64,000 nucleotides of DNA, from assembly GCA_043814605.1 (NCBI GenBank), contig JBDRJV010000002.1, positions 26,374-90,373 of the forward strand, read 5' to 3'. The translations under genes and the position numbers were made by a program. The notes under the pieces were generated by a model. The model was not told the DNA's origin, ran no database searches, and saw only the letters and a list, made by a program, of their open reading frames with translations. This document shows positions 49,147 through 58,310 of the stretch, in pieces (the stretch's first letter is position 1; each line of letters opens with the position of its first letter). Origin of the DNA: Candidatus Omnitrophota bacterium (GTDB lineage Bacteria > Omnitrophota > Gorgyraeia > B26-G9).

Positions 49147-51363
49147 TCATAACAAATATCTGACTAATTTTTTAAGTTGTGATAATTCCATGGGTTTGCC
49201 AATAACCGGAATAGCTTTTTTCTTAACATAATCACTTATCTTTTCAAACTCAATAGAATATCCGGAAACAATCATAATTGGGATATCTTTGGTTTTCATG
49301 TCTTCTTTAAGCCGGCCAATTACTTCATACCCGTTCATTTTAGGCATTTGCATGTCGAGGATAATTAAGTCCGGAATATTATTATCGATTACTTTAAAAA
49401 CATCCTCACCGTTATTAACCGCATTCAGATTATTATATCCAATATTTTTTAGAGATTTTTGCATAAAAAATACAATGTCCATACTGTCATCGGCAATAAG
49501 AATTTTCTTTTTCAAGCGTTCTGATTTTTCGCTAACCATTGACCGGCAAGCTAGCGCAAAAAGTTCTTCGGCGTTGGATGCAGCTTTAGGAAAACTAGCC
49601 CAGCCGTAAGAAAAGTCCAGCTCCAGTTCATCATTAAATTTAAAAATCTCATTTTTTACAATCCTTTTTAAGCGTTCCTGCCAAGCAGCTGCATCATGCG
49701 AGGCAATATCAGCAATTAGAATAATCTGTCTTAATTCCAGAATCAGAAACGGTTCTACGGACCCGATTATTTGTTTAAGTTTGTAAAAAATTTCGTATAA
49801 AACTGTCGTAATTTTATTATCCCCCTCCTGTTTTATAATTTCCTCAGTCGGATTTAAAGACAAGACAAAAACAGCACACTCCCTTTCCTCTTTACTAGAT
49901 TTATTAATTAATTGTCCCAGCGATTCCAAGACAAGCTGTTTTTGCGTAGTTTGTTTCGGCAGGGTAAAAATAAATTTTGTGCCTTTATTTATTTCGCTTT
50001 CTACCCAAATTTGGCCATGATGTAATTCAATTATTCCTTTACAAATTGCTAATCCCAAGCCAGTCCCTTTTTCTCCCGGTCCATATTGCCGGTCAAATTG
50101 TTTAAATTTATCAAAAACACTCACAATCTCATCCGGCGTTAATCCTTTGCCTGTATCAATAACCGCGCATTGGATCATTTCCCCCTGATCACTAACAGAA
50201 ATTTCAATTTTCCCTTTTTGCGTAAATTTTAAGGCATTGCCCATAAGATTAGTCAGCACTTGGATTATTTTATCGCGGTCTGCATTGACCTCAATTTGAT
50301 CGCCGGAAAAACTTGTGATCATTTCTATTTTTTTCTCTTTTAACCTTGGCGTAAAAGTATTTTGTACGCTTTTGATCACGCTAATCATGTCAAAATTATC
50401 TTTATATAATTCAACTTTTTGTGCCTCGAGCTTGGATATATCTAATAAATCATTAATGATTCTCATTAAACGGTCTACATCCTGTAAACAGATTAAAAGA
50501 AAATCTCTTTGCTCAGCTGTGGTCGGGCCTAATATTCCGTCTAAAATTTGAGAAACAACTTCCCGGATAGTAGTTAAAGGAGTCCTTAGTTCATGAGAAA
50601 CAGTACTGATTAAATCATCCTTAAGCTGTTCATTTCTTTTACTTTCAGTAATATCTTTAATTACATGTATAATTTTAATCATTTCTTGTTTTTCATTTAG
50701 AATAGGCGTGACCGCTATTTCCACATATTTTTTTAAACGTGAATCATAGGTTTGAATAAATTCTTGTTTTTTGCTTTTTAATACTTTTTTATACGGGCAA
50801 TTTTTTATGCATTCATTTGTTCCGTGAACAACTGTATGGCAAATTAATCCTCGACACTCCTCAACCCCAATATTATAAGCACGCGCAAAAGCCTGATTTA
50901 CCATTAGCAAACGGCCTTCCTGATCCATAACCGAAACTATATCGGTTAAAGAATTAAATGTATTTTCTAAATTCTCCGCAAGCTGAATAATTTTGCCTTC
51001 TTCTCTTTTACGCTCGCTAATATCCTCAAAACATTCCACCACGCCAATAATCTGACCATTTTTATCCGTCAAAACCTCGGCTTTTTTAAATATTAAACAA
51101 AATTTTCCGTCTTTTCTTTTAATTATGCATTCTTTATTTTTTATCGGTGTTTTGATATCTTTAGCAAAAATCTGGCAGACTTTCTGACAGCTTTGCTCAA
51201 TAAAAAAATCACATTTTTTCCCGATAGCTTCCTCTTTAGTATATTGAGTGATTGCTTCGGCTTGATTGTTCCAATGGGTAATAATTTTATTATTATTTAA
51301 ACAATACACACCATAAGGCATAGTTTCAAACATTAATTCATAATATAAATTTTTATTTTCCAT
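49147..51363 (-). CDS. Hybrid PAS sensor histidine kinase with a C-terminal receiver.
   Basis: Two PAS modules, H-box VSHELRTPLTTIREV, HATPase_c (DTGKGLTPDE…GTGLGLAICKG), an uncharacterised middle domain and a REC domain (ILIADDSMDI…LIILDMQMPKMNG). Confidence 0.8.
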   Translation of the reverse strand: MENKNLYYELMFETMPYGVYCLNNNKIITHWNNQAEAITQYTKEEAIGKKCDFFIEQSCQKVCQIFAKDIKTPIKNKECIIKRKDGKFCLIFKKAEVLTDKNGQIIGVVECFEDISERKREEGKIIQLAENLENTFNSLTDIVSVMDQEGRLLMVNQAFARAYNIGVEECRGLICHTVVHGTNECIKNCPYKKVLKSKKQEFIQTYDSRLKKYVEIAVTPILNEKQEMIKIIHVIKDITESKRNEQLKDDLISTVSHELRTPLTTIREVVSQILDGILGPTTAEQRDFLLICLQDVDRLMRIINDLLDISKLEAQKVELYKDNFDMISVIKSVQNTFTPRLKEKKIEMITSFSGDQIEVNADRDKIIQVLTNLMGNALKFTQKGKIEISVSDQGEMIQCAVIDTGKGLTPDEIVSVFDKFKQFDRQYGPGEKGTGLGLAICKGIIELHHGQIWVESEINKGTKFIFTLPKQTTQKQLVLESLGQLINKSSKEERECAVFVLSLNPTEEIIKQEGDNKITTVLYEIFYKLKQIIGSVEPFLILELRQIILIADIASHDAAAWQERLKRIVKNEIFKFNDELELDFSYGWASFPKAASNAEELFALACRSMVSEKSERLKKKILIADDSMDIVFFMQKSLKNIGYNNLNAVNNGEDVFKVIDNNIPDLIILDMQMPKMNGYEVIGRLKEDMKTKDIPIMIVSGYSIEFEKISDYVKKKAIPVIGKPMELSQLKKLVRYLL

Positions 51364-51718
51364 TTTTCTTTTGGCCCATTAATATTTTTTAAAAACTTAA
51401 CGCTGTTTTAAACATAAAAATAAATTCATAACTCTAGTTTTATGAACCTGTTCTTAAAACAAGAAAATACATTAATATCTTCTTTTGCTAATACTTATTT
51501 TAAACTATGCAGTCTAAAACTTATTTTACAACACTTGATTTTTAAAAGCAAAACAAATATAATAAGGACCAAACATAAAATCTCAGGTCACAAGTTCCAA
51601 GCTGCAAGCAATAATTAATAAGCCTATTCGGATTCTGAATTATAAATTTTAGATCCTAGATATAGGAAAAAGCTGGATAAAAATACGCGAAAACCAAAAC
51701 CGAAAAGGGAGTAAAACT

Positions 51719-52465
51719 ATGTATAAAGTAGTATTGTTACGTCACGGCGAAAGTATTTGGAACAAGGAAAATAAATTCACCGGATGGACAGATGTTGATC
51801 TTTCTGAAAAAGGGCTGGAAGAAGCCAAACAAGCTGGTATTTTACTCAAAAACGAAGGATATACATTTGACATTGCGTTTACAAGTGTACTTAAACGAGC
51901 TATCCGCACCTTGTGGATTACCCTCGATGAAATGGATTTAATGTGGATTCCTGTACACCGCTCCTGGCGGCTTAACGAAAGACATTACGGTGCATTACAA
52001 GGATTGAACAAGGCAGAAACTGCAGTCAAATACGGAGATGAAAAAGTGCTAATCTGGCGCCGCAGTTATGAGACTCCGCCGCCAGGATTGGAAAAAGAAG
52101 ATCCGCGCTGGCCAGGCCATGACCCCAGATACGGGGACATGAAAGAAAGAGAAATCCCGCAAACCGAGTGCCTTAAAGATACAGTTACCCGGTTTTTGCC
52201 TTACTGGCATGAAACTATTGCCCCGGCTATTCGGTCTGGAAATAATGTTTTAATTGCTGCACACGGTAACAGCCTGAGAGCATTAGTAAAATATTTAGAT
52301 GATATTTCAGAAGATGAAATTGTAAAATTAAATATCCCGACCGGAGTTCCTCTGGTCTATGAGTTAGCTGAAAACCTCAAACCGATAAAGCATTATTATC
52401 TTGGGGATCAGGCAGCAATTCAAAAAGCAATGCAGGCTGTGGCTAATCAGGGAAAAGCAAAATAA
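51719..52465 (+). CDS. gpmA: 2,3-bisphosphoglycerate-dependent phosphoglycerate mutase.
   Basis: [27 protein letters not shown] catalytic-His motif and the full dPGM fold. A GGGAG ribosome-binding site lies 8 nt upstream. Confidence 0.9.
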   Translation: MYKVVLLRHGESIWNKENKFTGWTDVDLSEKGLEEAKQAGILLKNEGYTFDIAFTSVLKRAIRTLWITLDEMDLMWIPVHRSWRLNERHYGALQGLNKAETAVKYGDEKVLIWRRSYETPPPGLEKEDPRWPGHDPRYGDMKEREIPQTECLKDTVTRFLPYWHETIAPAIRSGNNVLIAAHGNSLRALVKYLDDISEDEIVKLNIPTGVPLVYELAENLKPIKHYYLGDQAAIQKAMQAVANQGKAK

Positions 52466-52630
52466 ATCAGATTCTAGGCCTTAGATACTGGATGCTAGTT
52501 AACAGAAAAAAGCGTTATCCTAAAAAGTTTAATAGTAACTAGCTGATGGCTGATAGCTCTTAGCAAAAGCAAAAAAAACAGATCGAAACCAAGCAACGAA
52601 GGACGAGAGACGAAAAAGCAAAAAAAACAT

Positions 52631-52676
52631 AAACAGGCAGCAGTTAAAATTTAACTTGTTGCCTGTTTTCTTTTTA
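52631..52676 (+). terminator. Intrinsic terminator after gpmA.
   Basis: Stem ACAGGCA / TGCCTGT with a nested GTTAAA/TTTAAC hairpin in the loop, then TTTCTTTTTATT. Confidence 0.55.
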
Positions 52677-52707
52677 TTATAATTTTTTAGTCTTTTGTCT
52701 CTGGTCT

Positions 52708-53571
52708 TTAGTCTGATAGATATTCACTCGCAATGTAGGAACTGCGTACATACGGCGCGCTTTCCACATGTTTAAAACCTAATTCCTGGGCTCTTATTTT
52801 ATAAAAAACAAAATCTTTCGGCTTTATGTACTCAACTACAGGGTAATAGTTTTTCCCCGGGGATAAATACTGCCCGATACTGAGAAAATCACAACGGCTA
52901 TTTTTTAAATCATCAAGCACAGTTAAAACCTCTTCTTTTCTCTCCCCTACTCCCAGCATAATGCCTGATTTTGTATAAATATAGGGATTAATTTCCTTGG
53001 CCAGTTTTAATATGCCCAAAGAGCGTTTATAGTTTGCCTGAGGCCGGATTTTTGGATATAAATCTGGTACAGTTTCCACATTGTGCGCAAAAATATCCGG
53101 ACAGGCTTTGGTTACACTTTCAATAGCAGCATAATCAGCTTGAAAATCCGGCACTAACACTTCCACTTTAATATCCGGATTAATTTTACGGATTGCTTTA
53201 ATTGTGCGCACAAACATCTCAGATCCCTGATCCTTTAAATCATCCCGCGTTACACTGGTAATTACTACATGCCTCAGGCCCATTTTTTTTACAGCCTGGG
53301 CCACATTATCCGGCTCGTTAAAATCAGGCACTAGCGGCTTTCCCGTATCAACCGCACAGAAATTACAATTTCTCGTACAAATACTACCTAATATTAAAAA
53401 AGTCGCAACTCTCTTCGAAAAACATTCCCCGATATTCGGGCATTGCGCTTGCTGGCAAACTGTATTCAGTTTTAGCCCTTTAAAAAGACGTTTCAATTCT
53501 TCACACCCTTTTAAATTAATTTTTTTATTCAGCCAGGACGGCCGGCGTATTTCCGATGTTTTTTCTATCAT
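52708..53571 (-). CDS. lipA: Lipoyl synthase.
   Basis: N-terminal RRPSWLNKKI, auxiliary-cluster Cys residues (CQQAQCPNIGEC) and radical-SAM CTRNCNFC. Confidence 0.9.
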   Translation of the reverse strand: MIEKTSEIRRPSWLNKKINLKGCEELKRLFKGLKLNTVCQQAQCPNIGECFSKRVATFLILGSICTRNCNFCAVDTGKPLVPDFNEPDNVAQAVKKMGLRHVVITSVTRDDLKDQGSEMFVRTIKAIRKINPDIKVEVLVPDFQADYAAIESVTKACPDIFAHNVETVPDLYPKIRPQANYKRSLGILKLAKEINPYIYTKSGIMLGVGERKEEVLTVLDDLKNSRCDFLSIGQYLSPGKNYYPVVEYIKPKDFVFYKIRAQELGFKHVESAPYVRSSYIASEYLSD

Positions 53572-54376
53572 TTTCTCTAATTTTAGTCTGCCGATAATTG
53601 TTCCAATTTTTTGTATTATATTTTTCTTTTATCAGCCTATTCGTTAATTCTTTTTCAAAATCAGTCAGCTCTGCTTTATTTAATTCTAAAGAAAACATTT
53701 GTTTGAAATTATCAATTAAAGCACAGCGAAGCTGATCAAAATCAATATTTTTATTCAAAGCCTGCGATAACGAAATAATTTTATTTTCAAGATTAACAAA
53801 TTTCTCTTTAAAAATAGATTTTATTTCTCCAAAATCTAAAGCTAAAGGAAGAGAACCGTGCTGAAAAATAAAATTTTTTTCTCTTTTTTGTGCATTGCCG
53901 CCAATTTTTTTATTATTTATTAAAATATCGAATTTTTCCCGGGTGGCAAAACAAAAATTAGATTCATCCCCGTGCGTATAATCTCCTTTTGTATCGGCAA
54001 AATAAGCACAAAGGCCCAGGCTTTTATAAGTATTGATAATAAATGCAGTTAATATTTTAAAACTTTTTCTTACGGAATCTCCTAAATCCAGATCATTTTT
54101 TGTGCAAACCAGGCTATAAGTAAGTTCCTGATCGTGAAAAATTGCTTCTCCGGCGCTGATGCGTCTTACATATTCGATTTGTTTTGCTTTGCATAAATCA
54201 AGATGCAAAACAGCCTGCGGATTTTGCCTTATTCCTAAAGATATGCTGGGTTTCTGCCAACTGTATATGCGTAATGTAGGCCGAATAAGGCCTTGCTTAT
54301 AGGATTGAAATATCGCTTCATCAATAGCCATATTGGTATAAGCATTGCCAGGATCAGAAAGTATTAAACGCCACAT
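53525..54376 (-). CDS. Lipoate-protein ligase / octanoyltransferase-family protein (LplA/LipM-like).
   Basis: BPL_LplA_LipB catalytic domain (PTLRIYSWQKPSISLGIRQN…GEAIFHDQELTYSL). It overlaps the lipA start by 47 nt. Confidence 0.7.
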   Translation of the reverse strand: MWRLILSDPGNAYTNMAIDEAIFQSYKQGLIRPTLRIYSWQKPSISLGIRQNPQAVLHLDLCKAKQIEYVRRISAGEAIFHDQELTYSLVCTKNDLDLGDSVRKSFKILTAFIINTYKSLGLCAYFADTKGDYTHGDESNFCFATREKFDILINNKKIGGNAQKREKNFIFQHGSLPLALDFGEIKSIFKEKFVNLENKIISLSQALNKNIDFDQLRCALIDNFKQMFSLELNKAELTDFEKELTNRLIKEKYNTKNWNNYRQTKIRENDRKNIGNTPAVLAE

Positions 54377-54428
54377 AGCAAATTGGTAAACTGTTAAAGG
54401 GTTATACTGTTAAATTACGAAAAACTAA

Positions 54429-54803
54429 TTATTTTGTTAATTTTGTATCTGTATAAGAGATAAGATGGTTTATTTCTACAGGCAGTTTATTTAACTCTTT
54501 GGTTATATATTCACATTGTTCTTTGGTCAGTAATTTTCTTTTCTCTGCTTTATTAATCCAGTCAAACGATTCCTTTAAAGAGCCAAAGCTGTAACGATAA
54601 AAATTAATTTTATCTTTTTTAAAATATCGGCCGAAACCTTCTGCTATATTTGCAGATATTGAATCAACCGATTCTACTAATTGCTGGCCAACAGTACGTT
54701 TAGCAAAATAATCCCATTTTGTTACAATATCCCAAATATAATTAGATAAACTGAAGGAAATTTTATAAGAACTAATGTCTTCCAATAATAAATACTTTTT
54801 CAT
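54429..54803 (-). CDS. Four-helix-bundle protein (rRNA intervening-sequence protein family).
   Basis: GQQLVESVDSISANIAEGFGR… fits the family consensus. No SD precedes it; the 8-bp tandem repeat abuts its start codon. Confidence 0.6.
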   Translation of the reverse strand: MKKYLLLEDISSYKISFSLSNYIWDIVTKWDYFAKRTVGQQLVESVDSISANIAEGFGRYFKKDKINFYRYSFGSLKESFDWINKAEKRKLLTKEQCEYITKELNKLPVEINHLISYTDTKLTK

Positions 54804-54805
54804 AT

Positions 54806-54872
54806 TGTCAGTTTAACAGTTTAGCAGTATAACAATTTAGCAATTTAACAATTTAACAGTATAACAATTTAT
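54806..54872. repeat. Second array of 8 copies of the 8-bp AATTTAAC tandem repeat.
   Basis: Units AGTTTAAC, AGTTTAGC, AGTATAAC, AATTTAGC, AATTTAAC x2, AGTATAAC and AATTTATT lie between the gcvPB stop and the four-helix-bundle start. Confidence 0.75.
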
Positions 54873-56317
54873 TTTCGCCATCTCAGGTTTAAATCGCGTG
54901 CGGCTTTTGTTTCATCCAGCCTTTTCACCGGCATATTCTGCGGAGCATTTTTTAAAACTTGCGGATCTTCTTGAACCAGTTTTGCAGCAGTAATCATCAC
55001 TGCAATAAAATTATCTAGAGTTTCTTTGGATTCTGTTTCTGTCGGCTCAATCATTAAGGCTTCTTTAACAATCAACGGGAAATATACTGTCGGAGGATGA
55101 ATCCCCTGCGCAATCAGATATTTTGCAATATCTAAGGCACTGGTCCCCTTTTCTTTAGCTTTAGCTAAGGATAAAACAAATTCATGCATACAAATACGAT
55201 CATAAGGAACATCAAAATATTTTTTTAAAAGCACGCGGACATAATTTGCATTAAGTACAGCCAGTTCTGCAACTTCGATTAATCCCGCAGCCCCGAGCAT
55301 CATGATATAAGCATAACTTTTAAGGATAACGCTGAAATTACCGCAAAACGGCGCAATATAACCTAAGGATTTTGGGGCATTATAATTTAACGCATATGTT
55401 CCATCCGTGCGTTTAATAACCCGAGAAATTGGCAGATAAGGTTCCAGTTTTTTGTTTACTCCCACCGGACCCGCTCCCGGACCGCCGCCGCCATGAGGAG
55501 TAGCAAAAGTTTTATGCAGGTTTAAATGCACAATATCAAACCCTAAATCACCTGGCCGAGCCTTACCTAAAATCGCATTAAGATTAGCTCCATCATAGTA
55601 GACCAGTGCTCCTACTGCATGCGCAGCATCACAAATTTGTTTAATTTGGGGATTAAAAATCCCAAGCGTGTTGGGACAAGTTAACATTACTCCGGCAATA
55701 TCTTTATTTAACTTACTTTTATACTCATCAAAATTCATACAGCCATTTTTATCAGTAGAAACAACAATAACTTCATAACCAGCTATTGCCGCACTTGCAG
55801 GATTAGTGCCATGCGATGAATCCGGAACAATAATATATTTACGTTTTTCATTATTAAAACGATGATATGCGGCAATGATCATTGCCCCGGTAAGTTCTCC
55901 GTGCGCCCCGGCTAAAGGCTGCATTGTAAAAGCACTCATCCCGGTAATTTCCGCTAAAACTTTTTCTGTTTTATAGACTACTTCTAAAGAACCTTGCGCT
56001 AACATCCCGCCGCCCCTTAATTGAGGCATTAAAGGATGCAAATTTATAAACCCATCCAGACTTGCAATTTTCTCTGTAAATTTAGGATTATACTTCATTG
56101 TACAAGACCCCAGCGGATAAAAATTTGTATCTACGGAAAAATTCATACGGGATAAATTAGTATAATGGCGTACAACATCTAATTCAGAAACTTCCGGCAA
56201 ATCTGCACTTTCTGCTCTGGCATATTCTTTTGGGAATTTAAGATCTTTTTTTACCGTGCACTCAGGAAGCTTGAACCCGTTTGTCCCTTTTCGGCTTTTC
56301 TCAAATATTAATCGCAT
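54869..56317 (-). CDS. gcvPB: Glycine dehydrogenase (decarboxylating) subunit 2.
   Basis: PLP-Lys motif NLHKTFATPHGGGGPG. The likely start is MRLIFEK at 56317; the ORF extends to 56344. Confidence 0.9.
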   Translation of the reverse strand: MRLIFEKSRKGTNGFKLPECTVKKDLKFPKEYARAESADLPEVSELDVVRHYTNLSRMNFSVDTNFYPLGSCTMKYNPKFTEKIASLDGFINLHPLMPQLRGGGMLAQGSLEVVYKTEKVLAEITGMSAFTMQPLAGAHGELTGAMIIAAYHRFNNEKRKYIIVPDSSHGTNPASAAIAGYEVIVVSTDKNGCMNFDEYKSKLNKDIAGVMLTCPNTLGIFNPQIKQICDAAHAVGALVYYDGANLNAILGKARPGDLGFDIVHLNLHKTFATPHGGGGPGAGPVGVNKKLEPYLPISRVIKRTDGTYALNYNAPKSLGYIAPFCGNFSVILKSYAYIMMLGAAGLIEVAELAVLNANYVRVLLKKYFDVPYDRICMHEFVLSLAKAKEKGTSALDIAKYLIAQGIHPPTVYFPLIVKEALMIEPTETESKETLDNFIAVMITAAKLVQEDPQVLKNAPQNMPVKRLDETKAARDLNLRWRK

Positions 56318-57645
56318 AATACTGCCTCTAAACTTTCTGCACACTTAATAATTTCTTCTTTTGTTCTTTTTTCCGTAACAGTTACTAAAAGATAATTCTG
56401 CATATTTTTATAAAATCTGCTTAAGGGAAACCCACAGGCAAACCCCTTATTAATCATTTTATTCACAACTTCACCGGCATTTTGCGGCAGTAATACAGTA
56501 AATTCATTGAAAGTCGGAGAACGTTTTTTTACTTCCACCCCAGGGATTTGACCAAAAATTTCCTTAGCAAATTCCGCTTTTTTGTAATTAATTTCCGCTA
56601 ATTCTTTTAATCCTTGTTTGCCTAATAATGATAAATAAATAACTGCCCGCAAAGCACAAAGCGCTTCATTACTGCAAATATTAGAAGTCGCTTTTTCCCG
56701 GCGGATATGCTGTTCCCGTGCCTGAAGAGTTAAAACAAAACCGCGTTTACCATCTTCATCTACGGTTTCCCCGACAACTCTGCCCGGGATTTTACGTAAG
56801 TATTCTTTTTTTACAGCCATAAAGCCTAAATAAGGACCGCCAAAAGAAAGCGGCAAGCCTAAACTTTGTCCTTCGCCTGTAGCAATATCCACATCCATTT
56901 CCGCAGGGCTCTTAAGTAATCCTAAAGCAATCGGATATACCGATTGAATTAATAAAGCCCCTGCCGCATGTGCTTTTTTCACAATATCAGAATGGTCATC
57001 AATTACGCCAAAAAAATTAGGGTTTTGCACAATTACCGCTGCGGTTTTATCATCTAAATATTTATAGATTTCATCGCGGTAACTGTGTCCATGGACAACC
57101 TGAGTCTCGATAAACTCAACTGCCAAATTTTTTGTATAGCTATAAAGCATACTCCGGTAAACAAGATTTACGCCGCTATCCACAATTATTTTTCTGCGGC
57201 CGGTAATGCGTACTGCCATCATTGCGGCTTCATACAAAGCCGTGCCTCCATCATAAAGTGAAGCATTTGACGCGTCCAGTCCGGTTAATTGACAGATTAC
57301 GCTTTGGTATTCATAAATAGCCTGTAACCATCCTTGTGAACATTCCGGCTGATAAGGGGTGTAAGCTGTATAAAATTCAGAACGGCCGGCTATTGCATCT
57401 ACAGCCGCAGGAATATAATGGTCATAAAAACCTGCCCCTAAAAAATTAATGAGATTCGTGGCATTTTTTGCGGCCAGTTTTTTAAAATGTTCGATAACTT
57501 CAAACTCAGATTTACCTTCTGGTAAATTAAAAGACTGCGCTTTTAAATCATCCGGGATATCACAAAATAATTCATCAATTTTGGATACACCGATGGTTTT
57601 GAGCATTGATTTTATTTGTTCTTTAGTATGGGGAGTATATCCCAT
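56308..57645 (-). CDS. gcvPA: Glycine dehydrogenase (decarboxylating) subunit 1.
   Basis: 445 aa GcvPA homolog. Its stop overlaps the gcvPB start. Confidence 0.9.
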   Translation of the reverse strand: MGYTPHTKEQIKSMLKTIGVSKIDELFCDIPDDLKAQSFNLPEGKSEFEVIEHFKKLAAKNATNLINFLGAGFYDHYIPAAVDAIAGRSEFYTAYTPYQPECSQGWLQAIYEYQSVICQLTGLDASNASLYDGGTALYEAAMMAVRITGRRKIIVDSGVNLVYRSMLYSYTKNLAVEFIETQVVHGHSYRDEIYKYLDDKTAAVIVQNPNFFGVIDDHSDIVKKAHAAGALLIQSVYPIALGLLKSPAEMDVDIATGEGQSLGLPLSFGGPYLGFMAVKKEYLRKIPGRVVGETVDEDGKRGFVLTLQAREQHIRREKATSNICSNEALCALRAVIYLSLLGKQGLKELAEINYKKAEFAKEIFGQIPGVEVKKRSPTFNEFTVLLPQNAGEVVNKMINKGFACGFPLSRFYKNMQNYLLVTVTEKRTKEEIIKCAESLEAVLCD

Positions 57646-58031
57646 TATGAAAGCTCCTCTAAATATTTTAGATAATCAGCCGGTGTTATTAAATTATCTT
57701 TTTCTTTGTGATCAGAAACTTCAATAATTAGAAACCAACCCTTTTCATAAGGAGATTGATTAATTAATTCCGGCTGATTAACAACATCCTGATTTATTTC
57801 TCTAACTTTACCGGACAAAGGGGCATAAACATCTGATGCTGCTTTTACGGATTCAACTGTGGCGATTTGTTTTGACTGTACGCATTCTGCATTAATCTTA
57901 GGGAGTTCCACAAAAGTAATATCGCCTAACGAACCTTGAGCATAATCAGTTATGCCTATTTTAGCACGATTATTCTCAATTTTCACCCATTCATGCTCTT
58001 TGGTATACAATAAATCCTGGGGTACATTCAT
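57645..58031 (-). CDS. gcvH: Glycine cleavage system H protein.
   Basis: Lipoyl-Lys region (VESVKAASDVYAPLSGKV). The preferred start is MNVPQDLLYTKEHEW at 58031, with GGAGG 7 nt upstream. Confidence 0.85.
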   Translation of the reverse strand: MNVPQDLLYTKEHEWVKIENNRAKIGITDYAQGSLGDITFVELPKINAECVQSKQIATVESVKAASDVYAPLSGKVREINQDVVNQPELINQSPYEKGWFLIIEVSDHKEKDNLITPADYLKYLEELS

Positions 58032-58035
58032 AAAA

Positions 58036-58066
58036 TTCCTCCATAATTGTCCCGCTACAGCGGGAT
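58036..58066 (-). promoter_or_regulatory. Near-perfect 13-bp-arm hairpin/palindrome abutting the gcvH ribosome-binding site.
   Basis: On the gene strand: ATAATTATCCCGC-TGTA-GCGGGACAATTAT, immediately followed by GGAGG and the ATG. Confidence 0.4.
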
Positions 58067-58200
58067 AATTATGCCTCGCCACTGTAGATTTCTTTGCGTT
58101 TACTTGGCGGGCAAGTTAAAATTCCAGCCATAAAAAATAAATCCAGAAAACTATTGTTAGCTCTCAAACATTTTATTCTTTTGCAGATACTGTCTCTTAT

Positions 58201-58310
58201 TTATACATCCGCGGCCTAGAACCGCGCCCATTTATGGCGCGGATAAAAAAGGAGGTCGCTTGAGTATTCCACCCCAGGAACCACGGGCTTTAGCCTGTGA
58301 GGGTTCCATT
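58201..58310 (-). repeat. GC-rich structured repeat, copy C, inverted and lying inside the gcvT–gcvH spacer.
   Basis: Reverse complement: AATGGAACCCTCACAGGCTAAAGCCCGTGGTTCC…CCGCGCCATAAATGGGCGCGG…GGCCGCGGATGTATAA. It has about 6 differences from copy A. Confidence 0.7.
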
